A DNA stretch of 63,931 nucleotides, filler included, from Choristocarpus tenellus KU-1152 (lineage: Eukaryota; Protista; Phaeophyceae), in the NCBI GenBank assembly GCA_964200185.2. It is 10 parts of 10 records of this genome, joined end to end, with 100 filler letters (N's around TTAATTAATTAA, not from the genome) between each part and the next. Parts side by side here need not be neighbours in the genome. Positions count along the whole stretch, not along the records: positions 3,165 to 15,077 come from CAXNAD020002070.1; positions 15,178 to 21,276 come from CAXNAD020008937.1; positions 21,377 to 28,647 come from CAXNAD020006431.1; 7 more parts are not named here. One strand, given 5' to 3'. The notes beneath the pieces were generated by a model. That model was given only the letters and a program-made list of their open reading frames with translations, did not search any database and was not told where the DNA came from. The first letter of the stretch is position 1, and each line of letters starts with the position of its first letter. The translations under genes were made by a program, and so were the position numbers. Shown piece by piece: positions 13,936 to 27,498 of this stretch.

Positions 13936-15535
13936 GCGCAATGCCTACAGTCACTCCATCGCTAAAAGACTCGCCATGCAACCAGAAATTTTGTAACCAA
14001 AATTTGTAACTCGAAACATTCCACTTATCATATGAAACACTTGAAACATTCCACTTACCCATGTAACACCTGAGAACATTGAGAACATTGACTGAGAACA
14101 TTGACTGAGAACATTGACTAACTTTGCGTTACTCTTTCCAATAAAAATGAAAATAAAAAGATGTACACACCGGAGAAACTAACCCTAACCCTAACCCTAA
14201 CCCTAACCCTAACCCAATAAAAATAGACATGCATGCAGGTAGATGCATTAACACCCTAACCCTAACCCTAACCCTAACACTATAGACTACATGTGGGTAC
14301 ACGAACAAACCCAAAAGGGGTTATGATCAATAATGATCATTCAGGGTGACCCTAACCCTACCAAATTAATGCTGGCTTTAACCTAAACCTTTCAAATTTT
14401 TTTGGTGTCAGTTTACGTTTTTTGTAAATAAAAAAACAGGAACATTTATGCACGTCACTGAAACCACTTGAATCATATACATACATACTTTAGAATGCTG
14501 AAGATCCAACAAAGTAGAAGACTACGGAAATTTTAAAAAGCACCATAGAATCTTTTCTTTTTTTTTTGATTAAAAAAAACTCAGAACAAAAGAGGTATTA
14601 ATCTTATTATTATACATGTGAGCTTTACGCGTGGAGCTTGCCCCAACTCACTCAACTCCCTCAACACCCTGAACACATTCATTTCCTTTGCCTAAAAGCA
14701 ACAAATTAATCATCATACAACAAATTAAACTAATAATCACACAACAATATAAATTAATCATCATACAAAAACAACTCCCCAGCCAACCTCCTGAAATCTT
14801 GATTTCGTTCCATTAAAAAATAAAATATTTATATTTTATTTTTGTATTTCTTGTCCTCATTGTGCCATCTCTCAAACCCTAGCCCTAACCCTAGGTTAAA
14901 TCAAAATCAACAAAGGAAAAACATGCCAGTTCAAATTTTAAAATCACATGAAACTATAAAAAAGAACCAACACCAAAACTCTCAAAGTATCTGGGTGGGG
15001 GGGGGGGGGGGGGGGGGGGGGGGGGGCTGTTGGGGGGTGTTTTTTTTTTTTTTGTTTTTTTATTTGAGGTTTGTGTGNNNNNNNNNNNNNNNNNNNNNNN
15101 NNNNNNNNNNNNNNNNNNNNNTTAATTAATTAANNNNNNNNNNNNNNNNNNNNNNNNNNNNNNNNNNNNNNNNNNNNCAGTGTCATTCCTCATCAATCCC
15201 ACAGCTCAGGGAGGGGTGTTGACCTTGCAAACCTGGTGTCCTCCCAATCACCGTTACGAGTCCGGGTAGATGCAGGCGTGGCCAAGGGTGTGTCTGATGG
15301 AAGGGGAGATAGAGATCAGCAGAGGCGCTCACTGGCGCAAGAGACATACATCAAGACCTTCTCTGGGATGCAGGTGTGTACTTGCCATTGCTTGGCAATG
15401 GGAGGACAAGGCTTGTGTTGCCCTATAAAGAAGAACCCTCCAAAGCATATCCTAAGCTGTTCGTAGAGGAAGGACTTAATCCGTGTCAGATCACATCAAA
15501 CATGGTTGAGGTTAGTCTCAGGTCAGTCCAACACA

Positions 15536-15793
15536 GAGTGAAAGTATCTTAGAGGGTACGAGTATTCCCCCCTTTGTCCTTTTGGGACTTGGCTTCCCTC
15601 AGGGTTTTTATGACATTTTCCTACTCCGAAATATTTTGGAGTAGGTAAAATGTACATGTTATGAAAAGGTGTGTCCAGAACAAGGATATTGACACTTTCT
15701 AACACACACAATAGCCCAAATTGCATGAAAATCGCAACAATGGATTTTGGCCCCCAAATGGACGCGGCCCTACCCTCTAAGATACTTTGCCTC
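15536..15793. mobile_element. MITE type 2, complete ~258-bp copy
   Basis: TIRs GAGTGAAAGTATCTTAGAGGGTA / TACCCTCTAAGATACTTTGCCTC, flanked by ACA on both sides (15533-15535, 15794-15796). Confidence 0.9.
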
Positions 15794-16028
15794 ACAACTG
15801 GATGAATGATAGCATTTTTTTATTCTGGACAAATACTTCTTGCTGCTTGCCAGAATATATCTTCACCATATTCTTGTGAATAACCGTTGCCAAAGCAAGC
15901 ACACACCTCACTACTGTAAATGCACTTACAATGCACAGAAGGCCAAGGGGTGAGGACCTTAGCGATCACTACAAAATCCACTCTGCCTGGTCTGAATTAT
16001 ACTAACCCCTTTCCCACCCGATGTTGGC

Positions 16029-16914
16029 ATGGCACAATGGGAGCTGGCATATGGAGAGAGTGGGATGACAGTGCTGGAAGAGCTCATAGATGCAGCCTTC
16101 AGGATGTGCGACTTGGGGCATGCACAGGGTCAACAGCATGTACTGGGGGCGTCTATCTTAACAGAGGCGGGAAAGATGTGAGTATACAAGCATCTACTTA
16201 TTTCCTCAGGACTGCTCAAATATTGCCATCAGAGTTGGGCGGGCATATAGTTCTTGCAGTAGTAGCATCTATTTTAGATTGAAATATCAGGTTTCACAAC
16301 AAGTTGAGTCCATAATTACAAGTCAAGTCATTTGATTAAGCTGACTGGATTGGAGGTCGTCTGGTGTACCAACAACCCATCTCACAGATATTCGATCACT
16401 TGGGAAGTTACAAAAACCGATTTGAACTATTTGGAAAAAAATCTGCTTCAGATATCATGCAGGTTTTGCATGGTTTTACAAGTGCATGGCCAGCCTTCCC
16501 TAGTACGACAGACATAATTATGTGCCGCAAAATTGTCCACAATTTACGTTTGTAGAGTTCACAGCTGAAGTACTTGAAGTGATGCAAAGTACAGAATGCT
16601 TGGTAGATGGTAATGGGTGGCTAAGTGGGCATACAACTTGCAATAAGATTGTGGTCACAAGCATGAAACTGAACAACATGACAATGCTACACGGCAACAT
16701 TAGAATATTTTTGCTATGAAAAACAAGCAATTTCCGCTACTCTGATAGATTCTCCCTCCTCCTCACCATTTTTTCTGCTCTTTCAAGAAGCTCCAAGAAC
16801 TATGTGTGGGTGAATCTATTTGTTCAAAAACACTACTATCTCCTCTTCTCCACTTCTCGTCAATCCTTAGTTTGACCAACACTCAAACATCTACTTTTCA
16901 GCCTCACTTATCTC

Positions 16915-16945
<31 letters not shown>

Positions 16946-19900
16946 TTCCAATTGTGTTATCCAAATATGGGTGTACATAAAATGCCTGTAATTGCCATCT
17001 CATTCAACTCGCTGGTCCTAACAGGTATGCAGGTTGCAATGTGGAGTCTTCATCTGCAGATCTCAACGTTGGTGCTGAACGAACAGCTGCTTTGAAAGCA
17101 GTTAGTGAGGGAGAGACACACTTCAAAGCGTTAGTGTTGGTTTCGGATACAGCCAGTACCTTTCCGTCTCCAGATGGAGCTGGTCGTCAGTTTCTTGCGG
17201 AGTTTGGTGACTTCCCTGTCTATCTTGTCAACCGTGACATGCGGGTGAGTGTGGGGCACTCACTACAAACAATCACCCAATTCCAATACGGTATGTATGT
17301 GGTAATTGCTCTCAAAGTTATATCTGTGTCTTGCATCTATCTATATTCAAGTGATTGGGGAAAGCTATTTGTCCGATTTTCTGCTTCCTCACTAAATGCA
17401 TGTTTACAAGTAACCATAACTCTGAATTCCACACTGCACCTGCACCCTTCTTCATATCAAGCACTGAGTAGAGAGTATGCTAATACACTTCAAGGCATCA
17501 TGATCCTTGGCTCTCCCCAAGATCATGCTTCAAGTTGAAGTTTGAAGTGGAATGACCCCGTTTGGAAAAATTGGAATTTGGGTCTCATCAGTATGCATGG
17601 AGATTAGAGTTTCATATTTAGCACATCAGATAGCAGGAGTTAAAAGCATGTGACAAAATCACTTACGGTGTGATATCACTAGTGATCTTTTGATCAGACA
17701 GAAGACAATTTGTGCACTCACAGAACACAAATAGTTTACCTCGTTGCAGGGGGTGGAAGTGTAACCATCATACTACACACTGCTTCTAGTTTTTTGCTCT
17801 AAGGTAAGGATGGGGTAGGGAATTTTGATAAGCTGAGTGTTCAATTGTTGTCCATCACTCTTGAGCAATGACAGAGCTCTATTCGTTGCAACTACTCCAG
17901 AGTTGTTCCATCTTATTCTAGTTTGTATGCAAAGATCAGAAAAGAAAGACACAATCGTCCGGAGTCAAGCAGGGCATCAGCTAACAGTCGATTTCTAATC
18001 CTATGACTTCTCAACCTGATGATAAATGTTTCTTATTACAAATTCATGATCCCAAGATGGGAGTATTGCACTAGGCAACTGAGACCTCAAGGTACTTTAT
18101 TCTTTAGTAAAGAATGAAAGATGACACATCCATGCTCTGATTCAAGTGATATTGGCCGGCTCTTGTTCGAACCAAGAAAAACAGAGCTTGCTGTGACCTT
18201 TTGAATCAACTTACCCCAACTTTTCTCTCACTCTCTCTCTCTCTCTCTTTCTCTCTCTGGATCCTCCCAACTCCTACCACCAGGTAAAAATCACATCTAC
18301 CAGAGAACTTTTTCCCATGATGCCCACCCACACTAGCAACAAGAATGAAGGCAGTAATGGTCTTGGACAGGGAGAAGCTCGTGATGAAGCTATTGTTAGA
18401 GCAAATCGTGAGAGGCTGAGAATCCCTCCTCGTGACTGGGGTGTGCAACAGGCAGGTTCTTCCCCGTGCCCAACCCTTATCACTTTCACTAATCTTACTC
18501 ATTTTGGAGTTAATCCAAACATGAGTCATAACCATAGTACTCCTAGATGATTTTGAGAGGGGGGTGGAACCCCACCAAGCCGAAGTGGTGTGAAGATGTT
18601 TTAAAATGAATTTCTCACTTTCGCCTCTGAGCAACATTCCCTCAATCCTCTTGATGCAATTCACCCTTGTACCAAACCAGACCATTTTACAGGGTGACGG
18701 AAAAGGATCATTACCATACGCAAGTCAACAGAAATTCCTTTAGCAAACATAGTAACACCTCAAAATTTTATTCAAAGAAACAAATGGAGCAAGCACAAAA
18801 AATCTACCTCATCACAGGTTCTCAACTGGTTAGAGGATGAACTAGAGCTTGGGGAATATCGGCGGGAGTTTACCAAAGCTAAGGTTGACGGAGCAATGCT
18901 TCTTAACCTTGAGGTATGGGAGGGATGACAGAAGGGAGAGGAAGTGGCATTTGGGACAGGGGGGCTTACAATAGCTGAGGGTTCAGTTGGAAGGACCAGG
19001 GGCTAGCTGGTCTGATTCCGTGTCACATGGCATAGTATAGTAGAAGAGATAATTGGAGTCGCTACGGAGGGGGTGAGAGAAGTTGCAGAGAGAATCAGTC
19101 GTATTTCCCTACTGTGACACATGGGCTATTATAGCAATGGGCCTTAGTGTGAAACATGGAACCGGTGGTGGATTTAGCACGGGGAGTAAAAGGCCACTGG
19201 TTGTCAATAGTTTTTTATGATATATTAATGTCATAAAACCACCAGCTCTAGAGCCAGTGATTAGACCATACAAAAGTTCGACGAAAAATGAGAAAACAGT
19301 AGGTGGTTGCCTCAGAGACCCAGCTTGGGAGATTAAGAAGTTTCAACAACCCTTCAGGAAATAATTTTGTCAGACATAAAGTATCCACCTTGCATCCCAC
19401 TTTGATACCTGGCACAATGTATCATAGAGGGTAGAGCCGCGTCCGTTTGGGGACCAAAATCTAATTTTGCGATTTTTGCGATTTTTACGTAATTTTGACT
19501 ATCATGTATTTTAGGAAGCGTCAATGTCCTTGTTCCAGACACACCTTTTCATAGCGTATACATTTTACCTACTCTGAAACATAATGGAGTAGGTATAATG
19601 CCGCAAAAAAAATATGGGAAGCCAGGCCCCAAACGGACAAACAGGGCAAAGCTCGTATCCTCTAAGATACTTTCACTCACCTCCTCCAGAAATGAATCAA
19701 CTCGCCTTGTTTCAATGCATGTAGAACTTTGTCTTTACGGTATCCATAATAATGCAAAATGAGAGGAAGGCTTCCTACTCATGTCAACTAAACACAACTT
19801 TTTTTTCACTGTTTCACTCTGTAGGGCAACATAGTGCTCTAATTGCCACAGTATTTGAGCCTTGCAAGTGAGCTCTGGTAATTCTACAGGACAAGCTCTT

Positions 19901-20681
19901 TTGCTCATTTATCTTTGCCTGGTGTGAACTGGAAATGACCTAGGCCAGTACCTCAATTTTCAGAAGTGCTGTTTTTTATATCTCTCCCCCTACATCTTTA
20001 TCTTTACATGGCTCAGACTCAGCTAGGAAGGACTGCTACATGCTAGAAGTAAATCCTATGCTCGAGGTATGACATAATTGCATAATCACCGGGAACGCCA
20101 ACTCTTAACTGAAAATGCGAAAATGCTTTGATGTCTGAACCCTGCAAGGATAAGGACCTGCAAGATATGCTCGGTGTGGAGCACCCCCTCCATCGCAGGC
20201 GGATCATTCTGGGGGTACAGAGCATCAAGGACAAAGAGGTTGAAGATGTAAGTAGACTATGGAAGTTTTTTGCTGTCCAAGAGTCACCCAATATGTAGAT
20301 GTGCGCAAACATGCATGCAACAGATCTCACTCCAGCACTTAAGTCTTCTAATCTCACAACTGACTAAATAATATTGCTCTGGACATGCCAGAGTATTGCT
20401 GTATGTGTCATAGAACCTACACTACCTTGTGGGAAAGATGGCCTTGAACTCTCCATCATTGCTATTGCCACATGTCTCTTAGTCTCCCTCAAGTATAGTA
20501 CATGAGGGGGATAGTGATTATACCCCTCCCTCCTTTCCCCTTTGCCCCATGCTGCTATCTCTCTCACGTCGCCTTCACCGATAACTGTTGCTGTATGAAG
20601 GTCGGCATGAACCATGTCGACATGGGTGGATATGTCCAGGCATTAGACAAAGATCGTATCCGCCTCATTGCTAAGCTCAAG
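16029..20681 (+). CDS. Cytidine deaminase-fold domain (Zn ligands lost) fused to a SAM domain; 3' end beyond contig, 5' end uncertain
   Basis: Exons 16029/16044-16177 (..LEELIDAAF..LGASILTEAGKM), 17025-17244 (YAGCNVESS..GAERTAALKAVSEG..PSPDGAGRQFLAEF), 18284-18451 (VKITSTRELFP..DWGVQQ), 18818-18913 (VLNWLEDELELGEYRREFTKAKVDGAMLLNLE), 20149-20247 (DKDLQDMLGVEHPLHRRRIILGV), 20601-20681. All phases are consistent. Confidence 0.88.
19425..19678. mobile_element. MITE type 2 copy in intron (one TIR truncated)
   Basis: Reverse-orientation match to 15536-15793; ends CTCTAAGATACTTTCACTC. Confidence 0.85.
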
Positions 20682-21410
20682 GTGAGTATTGCCCTCAACT
20701 TGTGACAAGCTAAGGGTTGTTTTTAGGCGGGTAGAGGGGTATTTCCTTTTCACTAGGCCTTTAGAGTCCAAGGAACAAGGAGGAAAGGGACGTAATTTCA
20801 ATAGTCTGTGCCAACCAGAGACTAGGAACCTCATTTTCTCTCTCTTGGTCTAAATTCTCCTACTCTGTTCTCTTCTCACCTCAAAGCAAACCCATGCTAG
20901 CAAGTTAACATCAACCTGGCACCCAATGAATCAACAAGAGCGTCAATTTCCCCCTTACCAATGCTAATTAGAGAACCTGATCCTCATTGTAGGAGATGAA
21001 CTGTCTACATAGGTACATCAATGCATAGGTTTATCATTTACACAAAAATAAAAAGACAAATATGGTGTCAACCGAAACCCTAACCCTCCCCTCCCCTCCC
21101 TCTATGCACCATAAAAGTAGAAGAAGGATGTCCGCTTCAGAGGCAGAAAGCGTGTATGTTCTTAGTACGAACTGGCATATACTAACTGGGCAACAAGGTG
21201 GAAAGAGTGTTTCCCCCCCCCCCCGCCCAACCGGGTAAAGAAAAACACTGACCCCCACCCCCCCTTTCCCCCATGCNNNNNNNNNNNNNNNNNNNNNNNN
21301 NNNNNNNNNNNNNNNNNNNNTTAATTAATTAANNNNNNNNNNNNNNNNNNNNNNNNNNNNNNNNNNNNNNNNNNNNAGGTGGAGGTGTACTCCCCTTCAG
21401 GGGGGCAGTA

Positions 21411-21616
21411 CCTTTGTTCCCCAGATCCTGCATTCCCTTGTACCCTGTCTTTCGCTTCTGTGATGGCCTGCCTTAGCTCGTCCTGATTCTCACTCGGATG
21501 CTTAGGGACCAGTACACTGAAAGTCTCCTCCGCCTCCGTCCCTGGGGCCCGGGTTGTGCTAGGAGTACGCTCGCTCCCTTGGAGATTCCTCCATGGTGGT
21601 GACCCAGAGCTGCTGA
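21411..21616 (-). CDS. Possible exon of an unknown protein
   Basis: GC-rich open frame (SGSPPWRNLQG..ENQDELRQAITEAKDRVQG) bounded by AG and GT in AT-rich surroundings; no recognisable domain. Confidence 0.35.
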
Positions 21617-22834
21617 CTGTATATCAAAATGTGTTTATTTCAAGATTGAGGTCTTGTTCGAGTTTTTCGTAATTTTATATTTATGACGAAATCATCATTT
21701 TCTTCTTTATTTTGTTCTATGATACTTGATGGTGTGAGTATCAAGTAAGTCGAAGAAGGTTCTGAGATGTGATTATTCCTGATTGGTCCTCCAATATATT
21801 ATACCGTGATATGTTATGCTGTCGTCAATGATTTACGTTTTCTCCAATGAAAAGCCTTCATCCAGCAACCTTATAATAAAATCTCCATGTATTTAGAGAC
21901 GTTCAGAAAAAATATGTACCCCTGAAAATAAGAACGAAAAAACCAAGAAAACAAAAACCTAACCTATATCTAAATGGGGGTTAGGATTCGATTGTAGTGA
22001 CTCTTTAGTGACTCTTTTGTGACTCTTTTGTGACTCTTTTGTGACTCTTTCACGAATTGTCCTAAGACATTGTTAGAAATTTCTTATCTCGGATCAACTA
22101 ATATATCGGAGGAGTACTCGGATACATATATTATTATTATTATCATTTTGCTGTCATATTCTTACATATCTTATTTTTGGAGGGGTTGTGGTATGGTTTT
22201 GATTTCTTTCTGAAACATAATTTGTTATAATAGATATAGGAGGGATAAGTAATGAAAAACTGTTCAAATGTCAGAACAACCTGTAATATAGTAATAGCTT
22301 TGAAGATAAGTAAAAAAATATCCTAAATGTACCAATGATAAGTATTTGATATGACATATCTGGAAAATGTAAGAAGGCATAATAATAAAAGTGTAAATGA
22401 TAAGTTGTTTTGATTAGATGGTACTTCGACAGGAAGAGACAAGAAGGAATAGTGAAACCGTTGCAAATATTCTGATATATTTACCCTGTGATCTATGGTC
22501 AATATAACTTCGGAAATGATTTGCCCTTCATTAAAAAAAATTATCACAACCAAGAATATGTATGTTTTATACTCCTATTACCCTCTCACTGGTTCTATAC
22601 AGAAAAGTTCTCTGTTCTAGGTGAAACCAAAATAGGCGGAGACCTTCATGTTGCTACCACCCTTATTCCAATCGCAGATGTGAGGGTCTCCAACCGTCAT
22701 CTCATGCTGAACGCCATTCTGCATTAGGTCTTCAACTTCTCATCCAACTATAAACATATCACTCTCGATCTCACCCCTACAATTGATACAGTCATTTTTG
22801 CTCAACAATAGCTGCTGGCGTTTCAGGGTGGGAC

Positions 22835-23738
22835 ATGCCTCTCAAACAGAAGCATAAGCTTCAGGGCGGGCACAAAGGTCAACCAAACACGGATGACGCC
22901 AGTTGTCGAGGGGCATCTACCAGTGTCAGCTATCCCCAACCAGCTCACGTGGATCTAGAGAAGGGGACCATTCGACCAACGTCCTGGCAAAAGTGTGACT
23001 CTGAGGGTTTGCTAATATCGTACGCTTCTCCAAGAGGAACAAATCGATGCCAGGCGTGCCGAGGGAGCATCGCCTTAGGAGAACTGCGATTCGGGGTAAG
23101 TAGTGGGCAGGTACAGAATTCCAACTTCATTGTATTTCCATCTACCAAGATTAGTTTAAGAAAATCACCACTTTGGAGTGTGCTCATCCACAACTATATA
23201 CCGTGGTTTTTTCGGTCTTGAGTGCCGATGAAGGATTGGGGTTGTATAATTTGCGCTTTATTGGTGTGAAGATACTGAAAGAGATCCCCTTGTGGTAGTA
23301 GAGATCCCCCGATGTTCGAGCTGCTGTGAAGTTTGAATACTATCATGATAACAGTTCGCACACATCATCCCCTTCAACCTTCACCTCACACTCAAGGAAA
23401 AGGTGTTACCATTCTGAGGTCAAACAGACCCATGACAGATCTCGCTGAGAACGGAAGTCTATCCATGAAGTTGTAGAAATTCCTCTCAAGCTCTGCCCGC
23501 AGCTTACATTCCCAATCTTCCGACCCCCTCTCAGATAATTTACACGCGTAATAGCTCTGCCCACATAGTCTTCCACTGGTACCACCTGGGCTGCGTAAAG
23601 GCACCAGCAGAGCTGACCTCGCCTCAACAACTTTGTGGTATTGAGGACATCCATCCTAATCACATTGTTAACATCGAAAGCTGGATGGCTTGGACACAAC
23701 GTCCCGACCGCATCAAGTCCTGAAAGACAAAAGGTGAT
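22835..23738 (+). CDS. Small PARP-type zinc-finger (zf-PARP) protein, two exons, ~154 aa
   Basis: Exon 22835-23095 (..ISYASPRGTNRCQACRGSIALGELRFG) spliced in phase 0 to 23535-23738 (IIYTRNSSAHIVFHWYHLGC..LCGIEDI..*). Gives CxxC..HxxC with the ELRxG and WYH signatures. Confidence 0.8.
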
Positions 23739-26058
23739 TCTACGATACGATGAGAATTTTAGACGATTATGATGGGAGCGCTGGTGGACATAGTGGTTAT
23801 TTGGGTACTTGACCAGACCTGGTTTGTATTGCCAGTGTCCTATTTAGGAAAAGCGTCCAGATTACACCTCGTGGTTTATTAACCATCACAGAAAGTAATC
23901 CTTTGTCATCTCCTGTCACTCTTGCGCCCACTTTTGCTGCCCATCCCCCGCTCCCTACTTCAATAATGCTGTGCACTCATAGGACAGCTCTGCAATTGGC
24001 ACCCACTGCTGCTCTACTTAAGTGTAAGCGGGTAATTGGGGGAGAGCAGTGTGTGAAAATGATACTGTATCATACCCAGGGACTCACCCCCTCACCTGAT
24101 ATGTAGTGAGGGGGTGCAAGGATGCTTGAGGTCAAGTGTTTTCATATTGCACCTAATCAATGAGCCAGATTTATTCGAGGTGCATGAAATGAGGTGGCAG
24201 ATATATATTTTCACCGGTAATAGGCCAGAACATTTTATTTTATGCTTTTGTTACTAGGAAAAGTTAAGGGAAACTGGTGTTTGTAGAAGTAAAAATAAAA
24301 AAGAGGTGTGCAAAGAGAAGAGCAGGTTCGCCTTTTGAGTCCTTCTGTAAACCACAGGGAAAAGGTGCTGTCAAGGTAGCACAAAGCTTATTGCCCCCCC
24401 TGACCCAATGTATCCCTGTGGCGGGGGGGAGGTTTGGTTGGTAGTTCCCTTTTGAGTTGAGGGCACATGTGCATGAGTTAGCTCAGTAAAGCCCCATCCC
24501 TCAACATAGCTTAAATGGTTAAATGCCCTAATTATCCAGCTTGCCAAGGCGCTGAATTGTTGTAATCCTTGCACCCAACCTGTGGATATGCCCTTAGATG
24601 CAGTGTACAAGTGCAGCTTCACCTATTCTGTGTTTTTGTGTTTGTATTGTGCTAGGCGTTTATTCTGAGTTCTTTTGTAGGCAAATAGAGAGTTCAAAAT
24701 TTATGGTCCTCTTGGCAGCAGAAGAAAGGCGGTTGAAGATAAGGAAGAGGGGATTCTGGAGCCAGTGCCTATTCTTTCCTCACCCTCAAATGCAAACCTG
24801 CCTGCCTCGGGTTTTATGTAGCACAATTGTGAACGGCAAGGGTACTATCTTGCCAGTTGTAACAAATTATGAGTTGTTTGTACCCTAGTGAAGGATATCA
24901 TTGTTCAAAGAGGGGATTGAAGGGGTTGTGAAACCTTTTTGTGGGGTCAGAGAGGGTGGGGGTGTATGATCAAAGATAAAAGTATTTTGAAGCGCCAATC
25001 ATCACTGCAATAGTTAAATAGTACACACAGTTTAGGGATTGAGGGGGTTGATCTTCATGGTCCATGAAGATACATTGGTACTATGGTGATAGGATAAATA
25101 ACATCACACATTCAAATGATCACTACTCATGCGCAATATATTGCACCTGATATATTAACCGTTAATTGTTTGTGGACATAAGTTCTACCCATCACTCTGG
25201 TCATGAACGGATCATAAGCAATCAAAGGTAATTTTGCAGTAAACAAGCAGGAGATAGTGAGAAATTCAAGGATATAAATGTGTGCGCTCATTCTCATCTG
25301 TAAAAATTGAAGTGGAATGAATAGTGACCCTCAACAGATGTACTGTACTATGCATTATCAACTCGTGGGAGAACCCAACCCCTCTCAATAGACCATCGCT
25401 TCAAGTTGTATATCAGCATAACTAAATATCTGTCAAAAGGCAGAAAAGGAAAATATGAGACAGAGACTGTCCATGCTTGACATACTACAGGGCAAGTGCC
25501 CACCGACTTTGATACATCTGAACACTATGATTGCACCTTACATAGATCAGGCACCACAGACACCTCTTCAAAACCACATAAAACACAAGATTTGCTTCAA
25601 GGGCAACCTCTCTTCATGTCTCAATTGGTGAGCAAGTTTATGATTTGTTAGTGTACTAGGTCTGTAGCAAAAAATGCCCTAAAGATGAAGTAAACATCGT
25701 CTATTGAGAAGACCCTGTGTGTTTCCAACCAACCGGAGGTGCATAAAATGTGTCAACCGAAAATTGTATATATTTCAGGTGAAGTTAAGCCTCCTGTAAA
25801 GTGGTTGGGGATATGTTCTGCATGTTGGGCAGATAGTGCATTCATCCCACATGTTTTTGTACGTATCCATGCAGTTGGGCATGGGCATACATCAATTTGA
25901 TTCAGTGCGGTCTTTTCTAGTATTGCTTTTATGTAATTTCTTCATAAAAGTGAGTGGAACCATACATACGATGGTGCAAACAAACATGCCCATACGATAT
26001 GCATTGGGCTTAGTCCAGGACATCAATGCTCAAAGCATCAATTCACAGAGTCCTCACT

Positions 26059-27498
26059 AGCCTGGAAATGGATCTGTCCCTCTCTTGAGCACCCAGTGTG
26101 GCAACAACTATATTAGGTACCATTACTTCATATTCTTGCTTGTAGGAGGAAACAATTGTATCATCCACCATTTGTAGATGAGATGGGGTGTACATCCATA
26201 CAACAATATCCATTCGATGTACTACACATTGCTTGACAAAAATATGAAGCATAAGCTCATCGTGTCAAAAAAATTGTGGCATGATACTTTGTTACTTTTT
26301 CTCCAACTGTTTTTCCCGCCCTCAATCCCCCCTCCACAGGCATGATCAATGTCCATACAAAGACATGTCTATGAAGCAACAACAAATAGATGAGTCCTGA
26401 AAATAAAAACTACCTCTGTCTGACTCACACAGTACATCCCAAGAACACCCTTACAGCAAGCAAACCTTCTAAATATGAAGATAACAGCAGCACCATATAA
26501 CTAGTATTCCTCAGCAGAAAACACACCTCCAAATATCATCCCCTCCCAAACCAAACCACAAGCCCCCTTATATTATCCATAAGTTAATATCCTATGTAGA
26601 TATAAAGCTACAACCTCGTATCAGTTCAGCTGTTTCGGCCTCAACCACCAGGATGGCTTAAAAATGGATGAGACAAACCTGAGGGGCAATATTGGCCTCG
26701 GGACTGATTGCACAAGCAGGAGAGAGTTGGAAGGTGTGGGAACAACGAGCGCCGGGAAAATGGTCAGATGTTAATGTGTAGGTTGAAGTGCCGAAACATG
26801 GCAGCGTTGGGAGGGGCAGGGGATAAGGGAGTCCATGTCCATGCTCAGAGGCACTACACTACCAACTCTTCACTAATTGTTCCACTGCAACTAATTGCAC
26901 CACCTCTGTTCATTCCTCGCTTCACATGTGTTAGGTTCAGCCATCCCACGACTCATCACTCACTCCTTCCTCATATCTTGTGCTGGACCCGCCTTGGTAT
27001 TGGTCAGCAATCAAGTCTTGCCATCTCGTTCTTGGTCAGGCGTTTTCATGGCACAACTTAGCAACAGTTAGGATAGAGTGCAGGTGTACAATCTCTAGTG
27101 CCTACCGTGTGGGCTTTGGATAATCAAAAATCCCATTTCCCTGAAAAGATATCTGGCGCAGAGGGGGCTTGAACTGGCAAACATACGTACAGGGTACAAC
27201 TGTACATCACATCAACCAATGAGTCATGAGAACCATCCCAACCTTGTGAAGTCAACCGCAATGAGGATGCTGGTACTGGCGTATCGTTGGCAAAGATGCC
27301 ACGCGGCAGGTTAGCAGTTGAGAATCTCAAAGGCTCGGTGGGGAGACACGGGCATTTTGCTGAGTTCCAACCATTACAAACGCCATCCCATGCAAGTGGA
27401 AACCCCTACATTTACTCTGCATCCGCATATGATGCCGCCCACCCCACGCAACAACACCAACACCAGACACCCAAAGCAACAAAAGCAGTGATTATCAT
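26059..27498 (-). CDS. Possible 5' exons of a secreted protein
   Basis: Exon 27498-27416 encodes a signal-peptide-like MIITAFVALGVWCWCCCVGWAASYADA. Short phase-compatible exons may follow (27275-27243, ~26660-26615, ~26135-26059). No domain identified. Confidence 0.3.

Noticed and set aside
14179-14278. A true chromosome end
   Set aside because: The tracts are short and embedded in non-telomeric sequence, so they are interstitial.
15523-15795. Recurring similar short ORFs (SVNILV.D..FHN, YPLRYFHS) at 15523, 19354, 41764, 44222, 48238 as a peptide family
   Set aside because: They are chance frames through MITE type 2 copies; frames and stops are not conserved between copies.
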